Part shown: positions 1 to 9,315 of the stretch, piece after piece
How the letters are laid out: every line of letters starts with the position of its first letter
Position numbering within the stretch: the stretch's first letter is position 1
Assembly (NCBI GenBank): GCA_943367585.1
Contig: CALRJP020000015.1
Span: 17,965-81,964, forward strand
Source: Rhizobium sp. Q54
Lineage (GTDB): Bacteria > Cyanobacteriota > Cyanobacteriia > PCC-6307 > Cyanobiaceae
DNA length: 64,000 nt
Reading direction: 5' to 3'
Notes under the pieces: generated by a model
What the model saw: only the letters and a program-made list of their open reading frames with translations
Database searches by the model: none
Told to the model about the DNA's origin: nothing
Translations under genes and position numbers: made by a program

Positions 1-1
1 C

Positions 2-451
2 TCCGCCACCGGCCACGCCCTCAGCCCGGGGGCGGTGGCGGCGGTGAGCGTGGACCTGCATGGCCTGCGGCCCGAGTGGCTGCGGCCCTGCTTCTTCGAG
101 GGCCACGGGGCCGGCCTGCTGGTGGGACTGGCGGCCCCGGTCCCCCTGATCAACGAGACGGTGGCCCGCCAGGCCGCCTGCGGCGACGAGGAGCTGGAGG
201 CGCCGGTGCTGGATGTGGCGATCCCCCGGCGCCTGCGGCCCCGGTTCGGCTCCGTCAGCTATGCCCGGCTCAAGTCGGGCCTGATCCAGGTGGAGGGGCG
301 CCGCATCACGGCCGCTCCGGCCCACAGCCCGCGGCTGGCCGAAACGATCGCGGCGGAGCTGGTCGCCTGGCTCCAGGACGGTCGTTTTCCGCTGGGCCTG
401 CCGATCCGGCCGCTCTCCGGCCGTGGCGGGCTGATTCCCCTCGACAGCTGA
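2..451 (+). CDS. 3' fragment of a conserved protein running off the left edge (tentatively DUF39/COG1900 homocysteine-biosynthesis family)
   Basis: The frame is open from nt 2 to TGA 449-451, the same frame as track ORF 35..451. Third positions are GC-rich. The tail ...SYARLKSGLIQVEGRRITAAP... resembles COG1900 C-termini. The family call is from memory only. Confidence 0.4.
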   Translation, partial: SATGHALSPGAVAAVSVDLHGLRPEWLRPCFFEGHGAGLLVGLAAPVPLINETVARQAACGDEELEAPVLDVAIPRRLRPRFGSVSYARLKSGLIQVEGRRITAAPAHSPRLAETIAAELVAWLQDGRFPLGLPIRPLSGRGGLIPLDS

Positions 452-522
452 ACTCCCTTCACACCTCTGGAGCGGTGGCGGAAAACAGCCGTAAGCTCCG
501 CCGTGAGCTTCCGGCGCCAGCC

Positions 523-1137
523 ATGGCCGAGACCCCCTTCAGCCCCGAGCCCCCCTTCAGCCCCGAGCCCGAAGAGAGCGGTCCTTCGACGCCACCGTGG
601 CAGGCGGTACCGGCCGAGGTGACGCCGGACCCCATCAGCGCCGGGCCGGAGCCCGAGGCGGAGCCAGAGGCCGAAGCCCCTGTGCCCGTGGCACCCGAGC
701 CGGTGGCGCCGGAACCGGCCAGCGAGCCGATCGCTGCCCCGGCGAGCGAGCCGGAGCCCGGCATCACCGCGATCGTTGACGTACCGCCCCTGGAGGGCGC
801 AGCGGACCCGTCCGGGGACGGCGGCGGCGAGTTCGAGCTGTTGCTGCAGAAGATCCGGGACTGGCTTGGCAGCGGCGAGCTCCAGGCCCAGTGGCAGCGC
901 GTCCGCGGCCCCCTCAAGGGGCTGGCGATCCTCATCGGCGTCGTGCTGCTGCTGCGGGTGTATGCGTCCCTGATCGGCACCCTGGACAGCCTGCCCCTGG
1001 TGGGCGGCCTGCTGGAACTGGTGGGGGTGATCGCCCTGACCCGTTTCACCATGACCCGGCTGGTGCGCAAGAGCGACCGGGAGCAGGTGTTCGCCGACTG
1101 GAGCCGCCGCTGGAACGATTTCCGCGGCAGGGAGTGA
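523..1137 (+). CDS. CAAD-domain (CURT1-like) thylakoid membrane protein with Pro/Glu-rich N-terminus
   Basis: Uses internal ATG 523 of track ORF 76..1137. A PE/PA-rich low-complexity N-terminus (PFSPEP x2) is followed by two hydrophobic helices (LAILIGVVLLLRVY, LLELVGVIALTRF), typical of the cyanobacterial aaRS-appended domain family. Confidence 0.6.
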   Translation: MAETPFSPEPPFSPEPEESGPSTPPWQAVPAEVTPDPISAGPEPEAEPEAEAPVPVAPEPVAPEPASEPIAAPASEPEPGITAIVDVPPLEGAADPSGDGGGEFELLLQKIRDWLGSGELQAQWQRVRGPLKGLAILIGVVLLLRVYASLIGTLDSLPLVGGLLELVGVIALTRFTMTRLVRKSDREQVFADWSRRWNDFRGRE

Positions 1138-1209
1138 TGTCCCGCCCGTGATGGGGCCAGGGGCTTCGCGGACCGGTTGATAGTTTGTGCCCACTGTGTC
1201 CGTCCAACG

Positions 1210-2373
1210 GTGAACATTCAGCTCGGTCGCTCCAGGACCGTCCGCCGCGCCTACGGCATCGACGAAATCGCCCTGGTCCCCGGGGGCCGCACCGTCGACC
1301 CCGAGGTGACCGACAGCAGTTGGAGCCTGGGGGGGATCCAGCGGGAGATCCCGATCATCGCCAGCGCCATGGACGGGGTGGTGGATGTGGGGATGTGCAT
1401 CGAGCTCACCCGGCTGGGGGCCCTGGGGGTGCTGAACCTGGAGGGCGTCCAGTGCCGCTACGACGACCCCGAGCCGATCCTGGACAGGATCGCCTCCGTG
1501 GGCCGCGACGAGTTCGTGGGCCTGATGCAGGACCTCTACAGCCAGCCGGTCCGCGAGGATCTGGTACGTCAGCGGATCTCCGAGATCAAGGCGGGCGGCG
1601 GCATTGCGGCGGTGAGTGCCACCCCGGTGGCCGCCCTGCGCTTCGGGGCGGCGGTGGCCGAAGCGGGCGCCGACCTGTTCTTCGTGCAGGCCACGGTGGT
1701 CTCCACCGAACACATCGGCCCCGAGGGTCGCCAGACCCTGGATCTGGCTGCCCTCTGCCGCGACCTGGGCGTGCCCGTGGTGATCGGCAACTGCGTCACC
1801 TACGACGTCACCCTGCAACTGATGCGGGCGGGGGCCGCCGGCGTGATGGTGGGGATCGGCCCCGGCGCCGCCTGCACCTCCCGGGGCGTGCTGGGCGTCG
1901 GCATCCCCCAGGCCACGGCCGTGGCCGACTGCGCCGCCGCCCGGGACGACTACGAGCGGGAGAGCGGCCGCTACGTGCCGGTGGTGGCCGATGGCGGCAT
2001 CGTCACCGGCGGTGACATCTGCAAATGCCTGGCCTGCGGCGCCGATGCGGTGATGATCGGCTCCCCGATCGCCCGGGCCGCCGAAGCACCCGGCCGCGGT
2101 TTCCACTGGGGCATGGCCACCCCCAGCCCGGTGCTGCCCCGTGGCACCCGCATCAAGGTGGGCACCACCGGCAGCCTTGAGAAGATCCTGCGGGGCCCGG
2201 CGGGCCTCGATGACGGCACCCAGAACCTGCTGGGCTGCATTCGCACCTCCATGGGCACCCTGGGGGCCCGCACCCTCAAGGAGATGCGTGAGGTGGAGGT
2301 GGTGGTGGCCCCGTCCCTGCTGACCGAAGGCAAGGTGTACCAGAAGGCCCAGCAGCTGGGCATGGGCAAGTAG
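1210..2373 (+). CDS. guaB: IMP dehydrogenase family protein (short, CBS-less GuaB-like)
   Basis: The N-terminus VNIQLGRSRTVRRAYGIDEIALVPG starts from GTG 1210 (the track ORF starts at TTG 1177). It has a TIM-barrel IMPDH/GMPR signature (GIGPGAACTSR, ADGGI). The length would be 387 aa. Confidence 0.85.
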   Translation: MNIQLGRSRTVRRAYGIDEIALVPGGRTVDPEVTDSSWSLGGIQREIPIIASAMDGVVDVGMCIELTRLGALGVLNLEGVQCRYDDPEPILDRIASVGRDEFVGLMQDLYSQPVREDLVRQRISEIKAGGGIAAVSATPVAALRFGAAVAEAGADLFFVQATVVSTEHIGPEGRQTLDLAALCRDLGVPVVIGNCVTYDVTLQLMRAGAAGVMVGIGPGAACTSRGVLGVGIPQATAVADCAAARDDYERESGRYVPVVADGGIVTGGDICKCLACGADAVMIGSPIARAAEAPGRGFHWGMATPSPVLPRGTRIKVGTTGSLEKILRGPAGLDDGTQNLLGCIRTSMGTLGARTLKEMREVEVVVAPSLLTEGKVYQKAQQLGMGK

Positions 2374-2460
2374 CACGGCGCGGTCCGGCCCGGAGGCCGC
2401 CCCGTCGTCGCAGGTCTGGACAACACTGCCTCACGGCGAGATGGGGGCTAACCTCTGGAT

Positions 2461-2519
2461 GTGGGGGCTCCGGCTCGCACACTCCTCACACCCCCCGGCC
2501 CGGCGTGTCCGGGCTTTTT
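2461..2519 (+). ncRNA. yfr1: Yfr1-type cyanobacterial sRNA
   Basis: The motif ACTCCTCACAC lies at 2481-2491. It is flanked by an imperfect 5' hairpin (2461-2480) and a terminator hairpin GCCCGG-cgtgt-CCGGGC (2498-2514) followed by T5 (2515-2519). A possible -10 TAACCT is at 2449-2454. It sits in the guaB-trxA spacer. The 5' end is inferred. Confidence 0.7.
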
Positions 2520-2657
2520 GTCTTCTTCCTCCGTTCCCCCGGCAGCCCCCGCCGCCGGCGCCTGCCGGTTCCGCTACGGCCTGCAACGCTGGCTCCATCG
2601 CAGGGGAGTGGGGCCGAACCCGGTTGCTAGATTCGTTTCATCCCGAGTCTGCAAGGA

Positions 2658-2981
<324 letters not shown>

Positions 2982-3018
2982 TTCCGTTCCGCTGACGCCG
3001 CCCCTCTCCCCGAACCCA

Positions 3019-4077
3019 GTGCCGGCGGCGGGCAGAAGCCCCCTTCAGGCCCTCGCCGACGAGCTCCACGGCCACCCCCAGCGCCGCCAGATCGAGCGGG
3101 CGGTGGTGTCCCTGTTGCAGGTGGCCCGCCAGGAGAAGGAAGAAGAGGAATGGCGGCTGATCGCCGGCTGCCTGGCGGACATCAGCGAAGCCCTGGAGGT
3201 CTTCCGGCCGCGCCGCAGCGCCCGCAAGATCAGCGTCTTCGGCTCGGCCCGCACCCGCAAGAGCGATCCCTGCTACCTCCTGGCCGAGGCGGTGGCCCGG
3301 CAGGCGGTGGAGGCCGGTTTCGAGGTGATGACCGGTGCGGGGGCCGGCGTCATGGAGGGCGCCAACAGCGGTGCCGGATGTGAGCACAGCATCGGCCTCA
3401 ACGTGGATCTGCCCTTTGAGCAGCATCCCAACCCCTACGTGAGTGCCTGCGACGACCGGCTGCTGTATTTCCGCTATTTCTTCACCCGCAAGCTGTTCTT
3501 CCTGATGGAGAGCGATGCCCTGGTGGTGATGCCAGGGGGATTCGGCACCCTCGATGAACTGTTCGAGTGCCTCACCCTGATTCAGACGGGTCGCACGTCG
3601 CCGATCCCCCTGGTGCTGCTGTGCCCGCCGGGCGACGATTTCTGGAAGGTCTGGAAGCGGAATGTGCATCAGGAACTCGCCACCCGCGAGCTGATCTCAC
3701 CGGAAGATGTGGATCTGATGGTCGAAGCCACGAGCGCTGAAGAGGCCGTGGCCCAGATCTGCCGCTTCTACCGGGTGTTCCACAGCGCCCAGCTGGGACA
3801 GGACCGCATCGAGCTGCTGCTCAACGCCGAGGTGCCGCGCGCCCTGCTGCCGGAGCTGAACCGCCGCTTCGCCGATCTGCTGGACCAGGGCGCCATCCAG
3901 AGCGGCGAGGGGGTCGACGACAACGGCCTGCTCAGGCCCTGTCTGCAACTGCGCTTCGACAAACGGCGCGTCGGCCGGCTCTACCAGTTCATCGACCACC
4001 TCAACGGCCTCGATCTGCCCGCCTCCTCGGCCCTGGAACATCCGGCCGAGCGGGTCCCCACCGGGAGCCAGCCATGA
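3019..4077 (+). CDS. LOG family / TIGR00730 Rossmann-fold nucleotide-binding protein (formerly annotated 'lysine decarboxylase')
   Basis: Has the PGGFGTLDELFE motif and a GxGxGxMEG region. Track ORF 2932..4077 overlaps the trxA end, so the in-frame GTG 3019 is the preferred start (uncertain). Confidence 0.75.
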   Translation: MPAAGRSPLQALADELHGHPQRRQIERAVVSLLQVARQEKEEEEWRLIAGCLADISEALEVFRPRRSARKISVFGSARTRKSDPCYLLAEAVARQAVEAGFEVMTGAGAGVMEGANSGAGCEHSIGLNVDLPFEQHPNPYVSACDDRLLYFRYFFTRKLFFLMESDALVVMPGGFGTLDELFECLTLIQTGRTSPIPLVLLCPPGDDFWKVWKRNVHQELATRELISPEDVDLMVEATSAEEAVAQICRFYRVFHSAQLGQDRIELLLNAEVPRALLPELNRRFADLLDQGAIQSGEGVDDNGLLRPCLQLRFDKRRVGRLYQFIDHLNGLDLPASSALEHPAERVPTGSQP

Positions 4078-4697
4078 GCCGCATCGGCCTGATCGACTAC
4101 GGCATGGGCAACCTTCACTCGGTGCAACGCACCTTTGCCCGGCTTGGCGCCGAGCTGGTCAGCGTGCACGGCCCGGCCGACCTGGAGGCCTGCGACGCCT
4201 TGGTGCTCCCCGGCGTCGGCGCCTTCGATCCGGCCATGGAGCGGCTGCGCTCGGCCGGGCTGGAGCAGGGCCTGCGCCGCTCCTGCGCCAGCGGCCGGCC
4301 GCTGCTGGGGATCTGCCTGGGGCTGCAGCTGCTGTTCGAAGCCAGCGAGGAGGGCCAGGCGGAAGGACTGGGGGTGCTGGCCGGACGGGTGACGACCCTG
4401 CCGCGGGTGGCGGGTCACCCCCTGCCCCACATGGGCTGGGCCCCCCTGATCCCGGCCACCGCCAGTCCGCTGCTGGACGCCCACACCCCGCCGGCCTGGG
4501 TCTACTTCGTGCATTCCTTCGCCGCCGAGCCGGCCGATGCGGCAGCCACCACGGCACGGGTGGACTACGCCGGCACCCCTGTCACGGCAGCGGTGTGGCA
4601 GGGCAACGTCGCCGCCTGCCAGTTCCACCCGGAGAAGTCCGGGCCGGTGGGGGAAGCGATGCTGCGTCGCTGGCTCGACTGGGTGGCTCACCTGTGA
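4074..4697 (+). CDS. hisH: imidazole glycerol phosphate synthase, glutamine amidotransferase subunit
   Basis: Motifs IDYGMGNLHSV, LPGVGAF and the catalytic Cys in ICLGLQLL. An ATGA overlap joins it to the upstream gene. Confidence 0.93.
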   Translation: MSRIGLIDYGMGNLHSVQRTFARLGAELVSVHGPADLEACDALVLPGVGAFDPAMERLRSAGLEQGLRRSCASGRPLLGICLGLQLLFEASEEGQAEGLGVLAGRVTTLPRVAGHPLPHMGWAPLIPATASPLLDAHTPPAWVYFVHSFAAEPADAAATTARVDYAGTPVTAAVWQGNVAACQFHPEKSGPVGEAMLRRWLDWVAHL

Positions 4698-5311
4698 CCC
4701 TGCGGGTGAGCGGGGGGCGCCGGCTGCAGAGTCCCCCGGGCAGCAACGCCAGGCCCACCGCCGCGCGGGTGCGGCTGGCGGTGATGAATCTGCTCGCCGC
4801 CGAGATTCCCGGTTGCCGTTGGCTGGATCTGTGCTGCGGCAGCGGCGTGATGGCCTGTGAGGCCCTGCAGCGAGGGGCTGCCCAGGTGGTGGCGGTGGAG
4901 CGGGATCGCCGCATCGCTGCGGTGGCAAAGGCCAACCTGGAGGCGACCCTGGGTGGCCTGGCGGCCCCGGAAGCGGTCGACGCCCAGCGGGTGCGGGTGG
5001 TGCAGGAGGACGTGCTGCGCTGGCTGGTGGGCGGGCAGCGGGCCGATGCGGCGATCCCGTTTGACCTGATTTATGTGGATCCGCCCTATGCGGCCGGGCT
5101 GCACGCCCCGATCGCCGCGGCTGTTGGCTCGCGGGGATGGCTGGCCCGGGGGGGAACCCTGGTGTGGGAATGCGCCTCCGACGGGATTCCGCCGGATCCC
5201 CCGGATTGGCAGCGGCGGGACTGCCGCCGCTATGGCGGCACTACGCTGGTGTTACTTCAACAGCCATCTACCCAGTCAGGATCCTTCGATCCGGAGGAGT
5301 CCACCCCCTGA
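4694..5311 (+). CDS. rsmD: 16S rRNA (guanine966-N2)-methyltransferase RsmD family
   Basis: GTG 4694 overlaps the hisH stop (GTGA). It has an SAM-binding motif LDLCCGSGV and a DPPY motif (VDPPYAAG). The track ORF 4595.. start lies inside hisH. Confidence 0.8.
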   Translation: MTLRVSGGRRLQSPPGSNARPTAARVRLAVMNLLAAEIPGCRWLDLCCGSGVMACEALQRGAAQVVAVERDRRIAAVAKANLEATLGGLAAPEAVDAQRVRVVQEDVLRWLVGGQRADAAIPFDLIYVDPPYAAGLHAPIAAAVGSRGWLARGGTLVWECASDGIPPDPPDWQRRDCRRYGGTTLVLLQQPSTQSGSFDPEESTP

Positions 5312-5365
5312 CCACCCGTTTCGACGACCGGCCCGGCAACAATCCACCGGGCCCGACGGGCTGGA

Positions 5366-5479
5366 TCAACCCCCGAGGGCACTGCCCCGGCGGTACTGAT
5401 TCCAGGCCGCCACGAACAGCCCCAGCAGGGTGACGGGAATCAGTCCAAGCACGATGCCGCAGAGAAGGGGTTCGATCAT
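5366..5479 (-). CDS. petG: cytochrome b6f complex subunit 5 (PetG), 37 aa
   Basis: Hand translation of the minus strand gives [37 protein letters not shown]. This is a close match to the PetG consensus. It is below the ORF-track size cutoff. Confidence 0.9.
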
Positions 5480-5485
5480 GGAAAG

Positions 5486-5986
5486 GTGGAAGCATCAGTC
5501 GGTGCACAATCTTCCCACGACTCCCCCCGGCACCGAGAGACCCACCGCAGCACTGTGATCAGCCCGTCCCCCACCCCCCCACCCGCCGTGACCGTGACGC
5601 CCGCCGCCGTCACCGAGCCCAACCAGCCCCCCGCCCCGCGCCGCAGCCTGGTGGCGGCCCTGGCGACCCTGGCGGCGGTGGCCTGCATCCTGCTGGTGGT
5701 GGTGGTGTTACCGGCGGCCCGCAGCGATCCCTACACCCGACAGACCCTCGATCTCACCGGCTCGGCCACGGACGGCGGTCGCCTGTTCCGGCTCAACTGC
5801 GCGGGCTGCCATGGCCTGGCCGCCCAGGGGCTGGTGGGTCCGAACCTGCACGGCGTCGATCGACGCAAGAACGATCGCCAGCTGATCCAGCAGGTGGTCA
5901 GCGGCCGCACCCCGCCGATGCCGAGTTTCCAGCCGGAACCCCAGGCCATGGCCGATCTGCTGGCGTTTCTGCACGCGCTGCCTTGA
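5486..5986 (+). CDS. cytM: membrane-anchored class I c-type cytochrome (CytM-like)
   Basis: A single CxxCH (NCAGCHG) and a distal Met region (PPMPSF), preceded by a hydrophobic anchor [17 protein letters not shown]. The start is uncertain because 5486 is only 6 nt from the divergent petG start; GTG 5555 or a later codon is plausible. Confidence 0.7.
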
Positions 5987-6744
5987 TACCCAAGCTGGTC
6001 CTGGTCGAGCCGGCCGGCCCCCTCAACGTCGGCAGCGTGGCCCGTCTCTGCCGCAGCTACGGCATCGAGGATCTGCGCCTGGTGGCCCCCCGCTGCGACC
6101 CCCTTGGGGACGAGGCCCGGCTGATGGCCGTCAAGGCTCTGCCCGTGCTGCAACAGGCGCGCCTATTCCCCACCCTGGCCGCCGCCCTGGCCGACTGCGG
6201 ACGGGTGGTGGCCACCAGCGGCCGTCCGGAGGGGGAGCCCCTGCCCCTGGAGGATCCCGAGCACGCCCTGGCCTGGCTGCTGGCGGGCGATCCGGTGTTG
6301 CCCTCCGCCCTGGTGTTCGGCCGGGAGGACCGGGGGCTGAGCAACGACGAACTGCTCCAGGCCGGCCGGCTGCTGCAGATTCCCACCCCCACCCACCACG
6401 GGTCCCTCAACCTCTCCCACGCGGTGGCCGTGGTGCTGCACGACCTGCACCGGCTCGACCGCCGCGGCCCCCCCGTCCGGCAGACCCCCGCCCCGTCCAT
6501 GGTCCCCGCGGCCCAGGCCCCCTGCCCCCGGGGGGTGCTCGAAGCCATGTTCAGCGACGCCGAGGAGCTGCTGCTGGAGGTCGGCTTCCTGCTGCCCCAC
6601 ACCGCCCATGCCCGGATGGCGAAACTGCGGGCCCTGCTGCAGCGGGGCCAGGTCAGTGCCCCGGAGGTGGCCCTGCTGCGGGGCCTGGTGTGCCAGTTGC
6701 GCTGGGCGAGCCGCCGCCCTTTCCCTTCTTCCCAGGACCACTAG
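5983..6744 (+). CDS. SpoU/TrmH-family RNA 2'-O-methyltransferase (TrmJ-like)
   Basis: N-terminus LVLVEPAGPLNVGSVARLCRSYGIEDLRLVAP, plus LVFGREDRGLSNDEL and SLNLSHAVAVV motifs. The TTGA overlap joins it to the cytM-like stop. Confidence 0.8.
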   Translation: MIPKLVLVEPAGPLNVGSVARLCRSYGIEDLRLVAPRCDPLGDEARLMAVKALPVLQQARLFPTLAAALADCGRVVATSGRPEGEPLPLEDPEHALAWLLAGDPVLPSALVFGREDRGLSNDELLQAGRLLQIPTPTHHGSLNLSHAVAVVLHDLHRLDRRGPPVRQTPAPSMVPAAQAPCPRGVLEAMFSDAEELLLEVGFLLPHTAHARMAKLRALLQRGQVSAPEVALLRGLVCQLRWASRRPFPSSQDH

Positions 6745-6775
6745 CGTCGAGCCATCGCCCCAGAGTCCTGCTTCC

Positions 6776-7843
6776 GTGAGTCCAGGCCGTCCGTCCCGTC
6801 CCCCCAGCAACCCCTGGCTTCGCCCGGTGGGCCTGGTGCTGCGGCTGATCGTGCTGGGGGTGGGGCTGGGCGTGATCGTGGGCACCGCCCTCAAGCTGCT
6901 GGAGCCCCGCCTCGTCCAGGGGGCGCTCGGCACCCCCGCACCGGCCACCACCCCGGTGGTGAAGAAACCCGGGACCGGGGCCATGGCCCTGGGGCGGTTC
7001 GAGCCGCGCCGGGAGCTCGTCGGCCTCAGCCAGCAGTGGACCCGGCTGGCGGCCGCCCAGAAGGATCTGACCGCCAGCGGCTTCCTGCTGGTGCTCGATG
7101 ACGGGCGTTACGCCCAGATGCAGCCGGATCTGGCCCTGCCGGCGGCCAGCGCCATCAAGGTGCCGATCCTGCTGGCCAGCCTGGAGGACCTCGATGGCGG
7201 CAAGCTGCGCTGGAACGAGCCCATGCCGCTCACCAAGGAGGTGGTGGGGGGTGGGGCCGGCTGGATGGCCAACAAGCCGCTGGGCACCCGCTTCCCCTTC
7301 TTCGAGGCCGCCACGGAGATGATCCGGGTGAGCGACAACACCGCCACCAACCTGCTGATCCGCCGGCTGGGGGGCAAGACGACCCTCAACAGCCGCTTCC
7401 GCAGCCTCGGTCTGCCGGCCACGGTGGTGAACAACTGGCTGCCGGACCTCGACGGCACCAACACCACCAGCGCCCGCGACCTGGCCCGCTCCATCGCCCT
7501 GGTGGACACCGGCGACAAGCTCACGCCCCGGGCCCGGGATCTGTTCCGGGAAATCATGGCCACCTCCCGCACCAACACCCTGATCCCCCTCGGCCTGCTG
7601 ATGGGGATGGGCAAGGACGCCCCCGACCCGGACAGTGAGCTGCTGCCCAAGGGCATCACCGTCTACAACAAGACCGGAGACATCGGCATCGCCTATGCCG
7701 ATGCCGCCCTGATCCAGCTGCCCGATGGCCAGCGGGCCGTGGCGGCCTTCATGGTCAAGGGTCCCTTCAACGATCCCCGCTCCGCCGAGCTGATCCGGGC
7801 GATGGCCGGCGCCGTCGCCAAAACCCTCGTCAAAAACCAGTGA
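6776..7843 (+). CDS. class A beta-lactamase-fold serine hydrolase, membrane/secreted
   Basis: All three class A motifs are present: SxxK (SAIK), SDN (VSDNTATN) and KTG (NKTGDIG). There is an N-terminal TM/signal segment. The start is taken at in-frame GTG 6776, after the upstream gene ends. Confidence 0.8.
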   Translation: MSPGRPSRPPSNPWLRPVGLVLRLIVLGVGLGVIVGTALKLLEPRLVQGALGTPAPATTPVVKKPGTGAMALGRFEPRRELVGLSQQWTRLAAAQKDLTASGFLLVLDDGRYAQMQPDLALPAASAIKVPILLASLEDLDGGKLRWNEPMPLTKEVVGGGAGWMANKPLGTRFPFFEAATEMIRVSDNTATNLLIRRLGGKTTLNSRFRSLGLPATVVNNWLPDLDGTNTTSARDLARSIALVDTGDKLTPRARDLFREIMATSRTNTLIPLGLLMGMGKDAPDPDSELLPKGITVYNKTGDIGIAYADAALIQLPDGQRAVAAFMVKGPFNDPRSAELIRAMAGAVAKTLVKNQ

Positions 7844-9315
7844 GAGCCGCCATCCCCGCCCTGCTGCTGCCGTGGCTGACCGCCCTTGGCGGCCCCCTGC
7901 TGGCCCAGCCGCAGCCGTCCCCAGCCCCGAAGCCCGCTCCGCCCGTGCTGCGCCCGGGCACGGTGGCGCCCCTGCCCGGCCGGCTGGATGGGGTGCCGAT
8001 GCTGAACGACAACAACCCCGAGGTGATCAAGGGGCCCGGCATCCTGCTGTCCACCTTCGATGGCCAGCGGGGGTACGCCGGCAGGCCCCTGGGTGTGCCG
8101 GCGGCGCACCTGAACACGGCCGTCAGCGGCCCCTTCGAGCTGTTCAGCCATCACATCTACGCCGGCACCCCCGAAAGCCTCGACTCCACCCTCTGGCTGG
8201 CGGTGGTGGCCGCCCCGCGGGGCAACGCCCCGGTGAAGCTGCGGACCGTGGCGGGCTCCACCGCCCTGTCCCAGTCGGTGAGCCCCGACCAGCCCTCGGC
8301 CCCCTTCCTGCCCCTGCCGGCCCTGATGGAACAGGGCAGCACGCCGATCTGGGCCGGCCCCGGCAGCCGGGTGGCCACCGAGCTGCTGGCCCGGCAGCGC
8401 AGCCCCCTGGTGCCGGAGGGCTGGACCCTGCCGCCGGGGCAGCTCAGCACGCTGATGGTGCTGCCCCTGCCGGTGCGGGGCCTCGATCCGCTGCTCAACG
8501 GCCTCAACCTGCAGCTGCGCCTCAACAGCGACGGGCCGGTGGACGTGGCCACCCTGGCGGCCTTCGGCCCCGTTGATCGCCCGCCGGATCCCGCCGTCTG
8601 GCAGCGCCTGCTGCAGGGCGGCCTCAGCCCGAAGGAGCACAGCCCCAGCCCCAGGGGGGCCAGCGGCCCGATGGTCTACTCCCGGGTCAGCGGGGTGCAG
8701 GTGGGCAGTGCCTGGGTGGGGCGGATCACCGATCCGGGCCGCCCGACCCTGTCGGTGAGCCGGGCCCCGATCTCCTGGCCGATCAGTTCCCTGGAGCGGG
8801 GCACCCTCGGCACCGGCCAGGTGCAGACCGCCCCCCTGCGCTCGTTCTATCCGGGCACCGCCTGGGCCGCCCACGGCAACTACGGCGTCGCCTACGACCT
8901 CAGCCTGCCGCTGCGCAACGACACAGCCCAACCGGTGCGTCTCGCCCTGGCCCTGGAATCGCCGCTCAAGGGCGACCAGCCCCTGGGCGGCCTGCGCTTC
9001 AACACCACCCCGGCGCGGGCGGTGATGTTCCGGGGCACCGTGGAGGTCAGCGGCCTCGACAATGACGCCGGCGGGCCCGGCGGACGGCGTCGGTTCCACC
9101 TGGTGCTGCGGGCCGGCCAGGAGGGCCCGCCCCTGGGCACGGTCAGCCTGCGCCCCGGCCAGGAGCGGCAGCTGCGGGTGCGGCTGATCTACCCGGCCGA
9201 CGCCACCCCACCCCAGGTGCTGTCCCTGATCCCCGTGCCCTTGACGGGGGCCCCGGAGGTGGCCCCAGGGGCGGCTGTGAAACAATCCGGGGCTTCGCCC
9301 GCAAGCCGTCCGTGA
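7840..9315 (+). CDS. conserved secreted hypothetical protein (possibly the cyanobacterial DUF3370 family)
   Basis: Signal peptide MRAAIPALLLPWLTALGGPLLAQP and coding-like GC3 over 491 aa. GTGA overlaps at both ends (7840-7843 and 9312-9315). The family name is from memory only. Confidence 0.6.
   Translation: MRAAIPALLLPWLTALGGPLLAQPQPSPAPKPAPPVLRPGTVAPLPGRLDGVPMLNDNNPEVIKGPGILLSTFDGQRGYAGRPLGVPAAHLNTAVSGPFELFSHHIYAGTPESLDSTLWLAVVAAPRGNAPVKLRTVAGSTALSQSVSPDQPSAPFLPLPALMEQGSTPIWAGPGSRVATELLARQRSPLVPEGWTLPPGQLSTLMVLPLPVRGLDPLLNGLNLQLRLNSDGPVDVATLAAFGPVDRPPDPAVWQRLLQGGLSPKEHSPSPRGASGPMVYSRVSGVQVGSAWVGRITDPGRPTLSVSRAPISWPISSLERGTLGTGQVQTAPLRSFYPGTAWAAHGNYGVAYDLSLPLRNDTAQPVRLALALESPLKGDQPLGGLRFNTTPARAVMFRGTVEVSGLDNDAGGPGGRRRFHLVLRAGQEGPPLGTVSLRPGQERQLRVRLIYPADATPPQVLSLIPVPLTGAPEVAPGAAVKQSGASPASRP

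Noticed and set aside
76-522. N-terminal extension of the CAAD ORF (track ORF 76..1137).
   Set aside because: It overlaps the upstream gene in another frame and is Arg/Gly/Pro-rich. Internal ATG 523 gives a sensible protein.
535-570. Perfect 18-bp tandem duplication (CCCTTCAGCCCCGAGCCC x2).
   Set aside because: It is in frame and simply encodes PFSPEP twice within a low-complexity linker. This is ordinary slippage in a disordered region, not a separate element.
259-2376. 705-aa minus-strand ORF spanning the CAAD and guaB-like genes.
   Set aside because: It is antisense to two genes with clear homology. The product is a low-complexity Gly/Ala/His/Arg-rich sequence typical of GC-driven shadow ORFs.
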